A DNA stretch of 64,000 bases from Lingula anatina (Eukaryota; Animalia; Brachiopoda): positions 7,510,954 through 7,574,953 of the forward strand of contig CM120644.1 of the NCBI GenBank assembly GCA_051362555.1, in the 5' to 3' direction. The notes beneath the pieces were generated by a model, which saw only the letters and a program-made list of their open reading frames with translations, was not told the origin of the DNA and made no database searches. Shown one piece after another: positions 55,634-64,000 of this stretch (position 1 is its first letter; each line of letters opens with the position of its first letter). The position numbers and the translations under genes are program-made.

Positions 55634-58600
55634 AATTAAATATATATTCTTGAGAATCAAAAATCCGTCATAACCTATGATTATGCAAACAAATACACAT
55701 TACCAAGAGCAGAACTAGAGGATCAGAGAGGCGATACCGCCTCCGAATATTGTACCACCAGCTGGAGCAAGCGCATTCGTATAGACCCCCACATACACAA
55801 AATAAGGGGTGCAGCCACCAGTCTTGTGCTTGACAAGCTGTAAAAATGCAATCAACAAGAATTTTCAAAATATGCAAAAAATATATATAACTAAAAATGG
55901 TGCAATCAAAGTTAAGTTCATTGTAAGGTAGGTCAAAGGTCAATTTCAAGGTCACAGTAAATTGCCAGTATATGACTTCCTATCCAACTTCAATAGTAAC
56001 TATGGACCTATCTCTGCCAGTTTTGGAGATAAAAGGGAAGCAAAATTTGCAAAGTTCAGTTCATGGTGAAAAGTAGGTCAAAGGTCAATTTCAAGGTCAC
56101 AGTAAGATTGCCAGTATATGACTTCCTATTCAACTTCAATAGTAACTATGGACCTATCTCTGCCAGTTTTGGAGATAAAAGGGAAGCAAAATTTGCAAAG
56201 TTCAGTTCATGGTGAAAAGTAGGTCAAAGGTCAATTTCAAGGTCACATTTAGATTGCCAGTATATGACTTCCTATTCAACTTCAATAGTAACTATGGACC
56301 TATCTCTGCCAGTTTTGGAGATAAAAGGGAAGCAAAATTTGCAAAGTTCAGTTCATGGTGAAAAGAAGGTCAAAGGTCAATTTCAAGGTCACAGTAAAAT
56401 TGCCAGTATATGACTTCCTATGCAAGTTCAATAGTAACTATGGACCTATCTCTGCCAGTTTTGGAGATAAAAGGGAAGCAAATTTTGCAAAGTTCAGTTC
56501 AAGGTGAAAAGTAGGTCAAAGGTCAATTTCAAGGTCACAGTAAAATTGCCATTATATGACTTCCTATTCAAGTTCAATAGTAACTATGGACCTATCTCTG
56601 CCAGTTTTGGAGATAAAAGGGAAGCAAAATTTGCAAAGTTCAGTTCATGGTGATAAGTAGGTCAAAGGTCAATTTCAAGGTCACAGTAAGATTGCCAGTA
56701 TATGACTTCCTATTCAACTTCAATAGTAACTATGGACCTATCTCTGCCAGTTTTGGAGATAAAAGGGAAGCAAAATTTGCAAAGTTCAGTTCATGGTGAA
56801 AAGTAGGTCAAAGGTCAATTTCAAGGTCACATTTAGATTGCCAGTATATGACTTCCTATTCAACTTCAATAGTAACTATGGACCTATCTCTGCCAGTTTT
56901 GGAGATAAAAGGGAAGCAAAATTTGCAAAGTTCAGTTCATGGTGAAAAGAAGGTCAAAGGTCAATTTCAAGGTCACAGTAAAATTGCCAGTATATGACTT
57001 CCTATGCAAGTTCAATAGTAACTATGGACCTATCTCTGCCAGTTTTGGAGATAAAAGGGAAGCAAATTTTGCAAAGTTCAGTTCAAGGTGAAAAGTAGGT
57101 CAAAGGTCAATTTCAAGGTCACAGTAAAATTGCCAGTATATGACTTCCTATTCAAGTTCAATAGTAACTATGGACCTATCTCTGCCAGTTTTGGAGATAA
57201 AAGGGAAGCAAAATTTGCAAAGTTCAGTTCATGGTGAAAAGTAGGTCAAAGGTCAATGTCAAGGTCACAGTAAGATTGCCAGTATATGACTTCCTATTCA
57301 ACTTCAATAGTAACTATGGACCTATCTCTGCCAGTTTTGGAGATATAAGGGACTAAATGTTATAATTTTGGAGTTACCATAATGTGCCATAAATTGCCTA
57401 CAGAAAAAATTAATTAAAATAAAGAAAAGGTCATTTTGGTCAAAGTTCTTGAAATGGGAGGTTCTCTGAAGTTGCAGAAGTTTAAATTTGATAAAATAAT
57501 GTCATTTTTGACCACAAGTTGTCTGCTTTGCCAAGCATTATGTTTTATTTTTCCGGAGTTCAAAATTTATTATCCATTACCGTACTGCACATTTTTACAG
57601 AAGCCGACTGGTGCCATATGTTGAAAAAAAAAATTATCTCGAAATTTCGAGATAGCATTTTTTTTGTTCAAATTTCAAAATACTATCTCGAAATTTCGAG
57701 ATAAATTTTTTTGCTCAAATATCAAAATGCTATCTCGAAATTTCGAGATAATTTTTTTTTTGTTCAAATTTCAAAATGCTATCTCGAAATTTCGAGATAA
57801 AAATTTTTTTTGTTCAAATTTCAAAATAGTATCTCGAAATTTCGAGATAATTTTTTTTTCTACATATGGCACCAGTCGGCTTCCGTACATTTTCCTTTCA
57901 CCACCAATATGTACTTTCTGATACAGCGTAACTCGAAAACCGTATGGAATACAAAAAAAACCGAGACCACCTCCAGTGTTGGGCTTTACATGCTCTACAA
58001 AATGCAAAAAAGAATGGGTCTCTAGCATTAACGGTTCCCGAATTAGAGACAGTTTTCAGTTTCGGTATCTTATGGCCGCTACTCCTGTGAAAATGCACCG
58101 ATTGACCCCAAATTCACGGAGATGAAAGATGACCTGAAGGGTAACACTTTCCAATAATATTATTGGTTAAGTCTGTGTGGCGTCTGAATAACAGGGCAAA
58201 AAAATTTTTTTTCGTAAAAAATTTCATTTTTTTGAAAATTTTGACCCATTTGACCTTGAAGTAAAGGTCAAAGGTCAAATCCGAGGGTATATTTGAAATC
58301 TACACATATGACTTTTGGAAAGCCGTCTATAGAAATTTTTCCCGTAACTCCTTCTGTAGGGTAGATAATTAGCATTTAATTTTGCCATTTTTAGACAAGG
58401 GTGCATTGCAATGAGTGCCACACCCAGACCCCAATACCGACAAAGCCCAAATTTTACGTGGAACGAGTTGAGATTATAGGTGACCTAAATCCATGAGATG
58501 GGTACGGGGGCCCTTACCGTCTAGGAGGAGAAGCGGTAACGGTAACATGGCGGCGGAGCCGGTGGAACGGACCGGACGGGACCGAAACCATGTGTACCGC

Positions 58601-61600
58601 CAGCGCTAACGCTGGTGGTAAATTTTTTTTGTTCAAATTTCAAAATAGTATCTCGAAATTTCGAGATAATTTTTTTTTCTACATATGGCACCAGTGGGCT
58701 TCCGTACATTTTCCTTTCACCACCAATATGTACTTTTTGATACAGCGTAACTCGAAAACCGTATGGAATACAAAAAAACCGAGACCACCTCCAGTGTTGG
58801 GCTTTACATGCTCTACAAAATGCAAAAAAGAATGGGTCTCTAGCATTAACGGTTCCCGAATTAGAGACAGTTTTCAGTTTCGGTATCTTATGGCCGCTAC
58901 TCCTGTGAAAATGCACCGATTGACCCCAAATTCACGGAGATGAAAGATGACCTGAAGGGTAACACTTTCCAATAATATTATTGGTTAAGTCTGTGTGGTG
59001 TCTGAATAACAGGGCAAAAAATTTTTTTTTCGTAAAAAATTTCATTTTTTTGAAAATTTTGGCCCATTTGACCTTGAAGTAAAGGTCAAAGGTCAAATCC
59101 GAGGGTATATTTGAAATCTACACATATGACTTTTGGAAAGCCGTCTGTAGAAAATTTTCCCGTAACTCCTTCCGTAGGGTAGATAATTAGCATTTAATTT
59201 TGCCATTTTTGGACAAGGGTGCATTGCAATGAGTGCCACACCCAGACCCCAATACCGACAAAGCCCAAATTTTACGTGGAACGAGTTGAGATTATAGGTG
59301 ACCTAAATCCATGAGATGGGTATGGGGGGCCTTACCGTCTAGGAGGAGAAGCGGTAACGGTAGCCGTCCGGCGGAGCCGGCGGAGCCGGCGGAACGATCC
59401 GGACGAGACCGAAACCATGTGTACCGCCAGCGCTAACGCTGGTGGTACAATTACTATTCAGGTTAAATGGGAAATTGGGCAATTCTTTGAAACTTAAGAA
59501 GAAAGTCTTGAATCTGTTACATCCATTATTTTTGTTCCACTTTCCAAACATTTATGTTCATTTCTAAATAACCTAAAGACTAATTTCAAACTACTTTCCT
59601 GGATGCAAAATAAAATATTGGGTATGACAACTGAGATCTAAAACACGTCTGTTTCTTGATATTGCAAGTTGCATAAGATACTAACTGACCTCCTTTCCTT
59701 CACTGTTTAAGTCTCTTTGACCACCATCTTTTCCTTGGTCTTTTGAATTGTTCTAAAAAATATGAAAATTACAAAATAAACTTCTATACAATAAGGTTAA
59801 TAAATTTTGCATCTAAAAAATACTAATGGCAGAAACAAACGTCTTGAATAAACAGTCAAACCATAAATATATGCACCACATTTAATATTTGACTTGGTTA
59901 GTCAGAAAAATAAAACTTCATATGACCACACTTGCCCAATAAAGTACAATAAAGAAAAGCACTTCCTACTAATATATTAATAGTACTAACACTAACTTGC
60001 CAAAACAAAAACGGGTCCCCTTACCCCGGCAAGTAGGCCTATAAACTTAATATTTTCCTGAACTCACTGTTTTTCCAAATCCTCTGCTGAAATCCCCACC
60101 ACCACAGCCACCGCCAGTGGCACCAGTACCTTCACCATCACCACTGTCTTCAGGTGGACCACACCCCGTTTCATCTCCACGTCTGCGGTGGACCACCCTG
60201 AGACTGTTGAATGCATTTGTCCCTGAACCTTGGTCAAAACTAGGTGAATCTGGGAGAAAGCTTGAATTTGACTTCTGCTTATGGGGCTCAACACGTGACC
60301 CTCTGCCAGTGAGACTGTTAGGAGGTCCACCCTCCCTCCTGAGTCTGGGTTCTTCTTTCCTTTTCTTTTCTGTATTTTTCTTTCCCCTTCTTTTCTTCCT
60401 CTTGGCTTTTTTCATCTCTCTGGTTAAGTGGGCATGGCTGGTTTGATCAAAATTGGTCACAGAGGTCACTGAAATGATTTTACTTTGACCTTTGCCATGA
60501 CCTTTAATGTTGACCTTTGGTTTTCTTGTCTGTGCTGTTGGGTGTCTCTTCTTCTTTCCGTTTTTAGCGGCTCTGGGTTCTGTTGCAGAATTCTTGACGC
60601 TGTTGTCTGCCTCTGGCTGCTGACCATTGCCTTTCTTACATTTTCTTTTCTTCTTAGATTCACTCCCTCTAGATGTGGTTTCTCTTTTGATGTCTTTTCC
60701 ATTGCCACTGCTACATGGAGCCCTGTTGCTGCTGCTGCTGTTGTTGGCATCAGGTGAAGTGCTGTTCTTGGTCTCAATGATGCTCTTGTGGATGACATCA
60801 CTGTCATTCTGTGTGCCAGTAACTGGGAGGCACATACTGCCACCTGTTGCTGCAGAAAAGCATTAAATGAAAAATACAATTGGTAAAATTCAATGAATTT
60901 AAAGACTAACTTTAATATAAAGGTGTTTGAAAATAATTCTTGTGTTTGCCTTTTTGTTAGTTTATATTTTATTCAAAGTCATTAGAACTCTTTGTTTTTC
61001 AAAATTTAACAAAGTCTTAATCATCTTTTAGGAAAATGATGTTTGAAAATATTTATCAAGTCTTAAAATAATTTAATTTGAAATTACAGATATTTTCTAA
61101 TGAAAACCTTTGCAACCTCTAATTCTTCTTTTCACCAAAATAGCTTTAAATGTGAAAACATACTGAATCATAATATTTTCAACCAACTTAGCCTTTTCTT
61201 TAGCCAACTTAAACACTTAAAACCATAAATAAAGAAATAAAGTATCTTCTCACTAGAGATATTGTTGCCTTTTGGTAATTTCTGTTCTATATCCTTTGTT
61301 TTCTTCTGTGGAACATTAAAATTGAACTCTGGACAACTAGGTGCATCTGCAATAAAAAAACAAAACAATTCAATCACGCAGTAAAGACAGACCTCCAATA
61401 GTTTCAGCAATCTGGTTATAACTGCTGAACTTCACTAATATATATATATATATCTTAATATATATAAAACCTACCACAATCTGATGCAATCACTGAAATG
61501 CCAGAGCATCACTGAAAGGACAAAATGAATAACTCTCAAGTTAAGAAGTCCTTCGTTTTTTTGTTCAAAATTCACCATAAAAACTAAAAATATCAGTAAC

Positions 61601-64000
61601 CCCCCAGATAACAAAGAAGTAAATTTTTCATCATCACCAATCTGAGACAAAGATGGCAAGGTTTCAATTCAAAACATCTGCTCGGAAGTTTTTTTTTTAT
61701 TGGAATCTGGAAGTCACAAAATAACTTATATAGCAATCATAATTTTCATATTACAAGAGGGGCCATCTCAGCAGCAGCAACAAACTTAATTTTCAAAAAG
61801 GAAAGTCCAGTGGTCAAGGTATATTTAATTTTATTCTTCCATGTTTATTGAAAAAAATTATAATATTTTACCACCTGCTCCTAATTTCCTCACCTTGCCA
61901 AAAGTATTTTCTCAATTAAGAACTATTTCTGAGTCATTCAGTCCGACAGCTGCAGGTAAAATGTAAATAAGTTCATTTACATCTTCAAATATAGTGAATG
62001 GGGATATTTTTCTGTCACAAGCAAAGTTGAGCTTTGGGGAATTTGCATCATCTCATCCTGATAAGACATGATGTAATATTACATAGTATTGTACATTAAT
62101 CAAAGGCTAGCTTCCAGACAAGTTAAAACAGCCTAACTTGGTTATGGATCAACCCATCTGAGCTAGCCTTCCATTCTTAGCCTTCCATGATTAGTTCTCT
62201 AGAGACAGCAAATCTAATCTGCCTGTTGTCCTGCTTATTACCACAGTCACTGAGCTGTATATAAGCTATTTGATATTGACATCCTAAGGTGATGTGTTCA
62301 TATTTAGATGCACTGCTGTGATGGAGAGGCTGAATGTCAATCTTATTTGACTGGAACCACAACACAGGGTTGTGCCCAGTCACCACATTGATCAAAACAT
62401 TCTTAGTTTTTTTGGGGGAAAATTGGATGTTTTAATCCATTTTCAACATTCAATAGCCATAATATTTGCTTTTATTTCTGAAACCAGATAAAGGGTTTTG
62501 AGCCAATTTAAGCTGATATGAAATATTCCAAAATATTTGGTGAATTGGGGTAAAACAAATTTGTTGTAAATGGAACAAGGGAGACCAAAAATAGCAAAAT
62601 ATTGGATTTTTTCCTGAACAAATATGACAAATAACTGCTAAGGCAAACATAAGCTCCATTTAATAGACTTACGCACATACATAAAACAATTACATACCCT
62701 TTGGTTTGTCAGATGACACTGAATCTCTCCCAGATTCCTTATGAAAGCCATCTTTTCCAGTCTCAGATTGCCCTTGATCCTTTAAAATCGACTCTTTCTC
62801 AAATGGAGGCAGGATAGTTGTCTCAGTATCCATGGCAACAGGTGATGGCCTTATGCACTCTCTGGGCAAACCATCTCGGAGTCCTTTGAATACACCTTTC
62901 TGGTCCTGGAGAGCCAAATTCTTCAAGATGATCCTGATCTGTGGCATTAGGGAACTCAGTATCTCTTTCTTGCTCAGAAGTTTAATAACCTGAAGGAGCT
63001 TGGGCACACCTATGATTAGAAATTATAATTATGTGTATGGCAAACTGTGATCCAATTTTAGCTAAAAGACTATTCTTAGTTTTAGTTTCAGGAAAATGAA
63101 TAAGACTGTACAGAATATTTCGATTAAACAAAAATGAGTATATCATTAAATGACCTGAAAGTAAACACATTGTCAATCTTTATACCTTCGTCCTGCACTT
63201 CTGGGATTACGTTTAGCGTCATGTTACTAAGCTGCTTCAACGTCTTTTTGTTAGCAGGACACACATCTGAAGTATACACTTCTTTTTCATCAGCAAAGCC
63301 AGCTGCACGCTGCAAGGAGTTGGCCACATCTTTCTCCACTCTGCACTGTAAATGCTCTTTTGCAGTGGGACTAATGAAGAACTTCTTGGATATTTCTTGG
63401 TTGCCACGGAGATCAGCTCTGTTGCCATAGCTACTTGGGTTATCGTGCATGCCTTCCAACAATCTTTTCTCTTTGGAAGACCCATCACCTGTGTCTACTG
63501 CAAGCTTTGCAGGCCCATTCTTCATGCTCTCTTGGACACTTGGTTGGTGTTGAACGGCACTGGAAAAAACTCTGCGTATACCAAACTCGTCCTTCTCAAG
63601 TAAGCTCTCCAGGGTTCCTTTTTCAAGTGGCTCTTCAAACAACATTTTACCCCCCTTCGTAAGCATTACTTTTGGTTGTTGCATACCCTCTTCTTTTCGG
63701 ACCTTAGGTTTTATCGTCTGGATTGGGGTTGACTTCTGTAAGTAACCGCCCAACTCCCAAAGGTGGCCAGATTCAAAAGACTCCAGCGCTGTTATAGAGC
63801 ACTCATGTTCCTGGGGACCGGAGTTTCTTCGGAAACTTAGGGATTTTGGTTCCCGTTTCTCAAGATCCAAGACTGTGAGAGGAATCATGGAATGCTGCTC
63901 TGTCTTCTCCAGAGCAATCTGATCTAAGCTTGGCTCATCTGCCGCAATCTGATTTCTATTTGCTTGCTTTTCTGTAAAATTGTGAAGAAATTGCTTAATC
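42328..64000 (-). CDS. MAP3K14: MAP3K14/NIK-like Ser/Thr kinase, multi-exon, >2200 aa, 5' end unresolved or outside the window
   Basis: Phase-consistent GT-AG exons (minus strand): 60849-60068, 59752-59690, 55521-55354, 54933-54807, 54531-54247, 53998-52572, 51866-51732, 51521-51392, 51030-50899, 50345-50077, 49710-49536, 49149-46738, 46397-46291, 45965-45809, 45126-45014, 42552-42328 (TAA). Probable upstream exons: 61346-~61254, ~62989-62698, ~63971-~63186. Kinase motifs match NIK as I recall it: EGIII..LK.....Y, LGSG, CVKKV, LYGAIR, IFMQLMEGGSL, HEDLKADN, DFG, HMLTGHHPW, PP.EDIP; the C-terminus is also NIK-like. Confidence 0.85.
42756..42802. repeat. Poly-A tract (~47 nt)
   Basis: Directly visible homopolymer. 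Confidence 0.9.
43140..43714. repeat. Diverged ~319-bp tandem duplication in the last intron of the kinase gene
   Basis: TGGTCATCATGG at 43200 and 43519; shared GATGCAATATTACATAATG and TTCAGAAAATGTGACTAGCA blocks. Confidence 0.85.
44117..44660 (-). mobile_element. HINE-like fragment with ~160-bp internal repeats and a terminal palindrome
   Basis: CAGCATAA recurs at 44122, 44281 and 44441; CG-rich (CGA/CGG) tract at 44580-44615; perfect 30-bp palindrome at 44627-44656. The other end was not found. Confidence 0.6.
46738..49149 (-). CDS. MAP3K14: 2.4-kb low-complexity (Q/S/P-rich) exon of the NIK-like gene
   Basis: Core of the 847-aa ORF; acceptor TTTTCAG at 49150, donor G|GTAAGT at 46737; phase 1 at both ends matches the neighbouring exons; contains poly-Q tracts. 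Confidence 0.88.
49177..49420. repeat. Diverged ~130-bp tandem duplication (intronic)
   Basis: ATAAAAAGTGGACATTTTTTT at 49177 and 49307; TAACATTCCTAGTTTTT occurs twice. Confidence 0.8.
49536..51866 (-). CDS. MAP3K14: Protein kinase domain exons of the NIK-like gene (5 exons)
   Basis: Spliced translation: DLKVINDRYEKDSQWYKCTYLGSGVAGRCHIAQDFNNEFSFCVKK|VDLLNYNEEELIIWADLQHPNVVELYGAIRTGRKVYIFMQLME|GGSL...IIHEDLK|ADNILLKAESLHIALTDFGLSRR...WSPE...DVWAAICVFIHMLTGHHPW...|IKMNSPPTEDIP...KRPSAKNLLKHPAF. All subdomains are present. Confidence 0.93.
51942..52155. mobile_element. Small degenerate MITE (intronic)
   Basis: Imperfect TIRs CTATTCCCATAGATTTTAGATCGATCTA / TAGGTCGATCTAATCTATGGAAATGG; target-site duplication not clear. 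Confidence 0.55.
52572..53998 (-). CDS. MAP3K14: 1.4-kb exon preceding the kinase domain of the NIK-like gene
   Basis: Core of the 503-aa ORF; acceptor CTTTCAG at 53999; ends EEGIIIKE, equivalent to NIK EGVLLTE just before the kinase domain. Confidence 0.88.
54247..54531 (-). CDS. MAP3K14: Cys/His-rich exon encoding a TAZ-type zinc-finger-like domain
   Basis: CEICDHLSFLCRHVGRCVDTRRVCRSCEALFNLFMYHINRCVEDDLNGTCSCSM, continuing ELCGRIRRKL in the next exon; canonical splice sites, phase 1/1. Confidence 0.75.
55576..55634. repeat. (TAAA)n microsatellite
   Basis: Directly visible; a second, shorter (TAAA)n tract lies at ~54750-54790. Confidence 0.9.
55906..57351. repeat. Tandem array of ten 146-bp units
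   Basis: TATGGACCTA recurs at 56001, 56147, 56293, 56439, 56585, 56731, 56877, 57023, 57169 and 57315 (period exactly 146). Confidence 0.97.
57598..57885. mobile_element. MITE with TA target-site duplication (Tc1/mariner-type), nested in the Helentron
   Basis: TIRs CAGAAGCCGACTGGTGCCATATG... / ...CATATGGCACCAGTCGGCTTCCG flanked by TA on both sides; interior has five 47-50-bp units, each with the palindrome TATCTCGAAATTTCGAGATA. Confidence 0.85.
57802..59448. repeat. Head-to-tail ~820-bp duplication of the Helentron 5' region
   Basis: 57802-58620 and 58621-59448 are near-identical (offset ~819), with scattered substitutions and a different GC-rich tract. Confidence 0.95.
60068..60849 (-). 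CDS. MAP3K14: Lys/Arg-rich N-terminal exon of the NIK-like gene
   Basis: 262-aa ORF with several basic clusters; acceptor TTTTCTGCAG at 60850, donor GTGAGT at 60067; in phase with exon 59752-59690. Confidence 0.75.
63186..63971 (-). CDS. Large coding exon, probably a further N-terminal part of the same gene
   Basis: Frame is open from the window edge to 63124 with protein-like composition; candidate acceptor at 63972. I could not resolve the phase of its junction to the ~62989-62698 exon. Confidence 0.55.

Larger units (their letters stand above)
55713..59451 (-). mobile_element. Non-autonomous Helentron (DINE-1/HINE-like) in a kinase-gene intron
   Basis: 14-bp subterminal inverted repeats ATTGTACCACCAGC (55749-55762) / GCTGGTGGTACAAT (59438-59451); 5' hairpin 59420-59449; GTCC/CCG-rich tract; central tandem repeats; 3' stem-loop GAGGCG-N4-CGCCTC (55728-55743) followed by CTAGTT on the minus strand. 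Confidence 0.8.

Noticed and set aside
55700-55837. Apparent exon with AG/GT boundaries and a Cys/Trp-rich frame
   Set aside because: It has a stop in the phase required by the flanking exons and overlaps the Helentron 3' terminus; 59690 joins 55521 in frame without it.
57635-57849. CRISPR-like array of palindromic repeats
   Set aside because: Spacers are near-copies of each other, the array lies within TIRs with TA flanks, the context is eukaryotic and there are no cas genes.
57519-59551. Repetitive ORFs (ISKFRD/SRNFEI)
   Set aside because: Translation artefacts of the palindromic MITE and the duplicated Helentron segment.

Overview
AT-rich animal genomic DNA, probably a marine invertebrate (lophotrochozoan-like; the taxon is an impression, not proven). 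I find three genes, all on the minus strand. (1) twist, a bHLH + WR-motif gene whose CDS (28085-28654) lies in one exon inside a ~38 kb gene-poor region. (2) A very large multi-exon NF-kB-inducing kinase (MAP3K14/NIK)-like gene (42328 to about 64000 or beyond), with 16 exons spliced in phase by hand. It unexpectedly has a TAZ-type zinc finger upstream of the kinase domain, and Ala where NIK has its activation-loop Thr. (3) A 4-exon gene (38705-40999) that the ORF track does not assemble, encoding a 102-aa prepropeptide-like protein (signal peptide, acidic spacer, KKKEKRR basic site, C-terminal NGWMWAVAA) behind two perfect CREs. Mobile DNA includes a 3.7-kb DINE-1/HINE-like non-autonomous Helentron with a 146-bp satellite, a nested TA-flanked MITE and a duplicated 5' end, plus a Harbinger-type MITE and two further HINE-like elements. 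All calls were made by eye; no searches were run.
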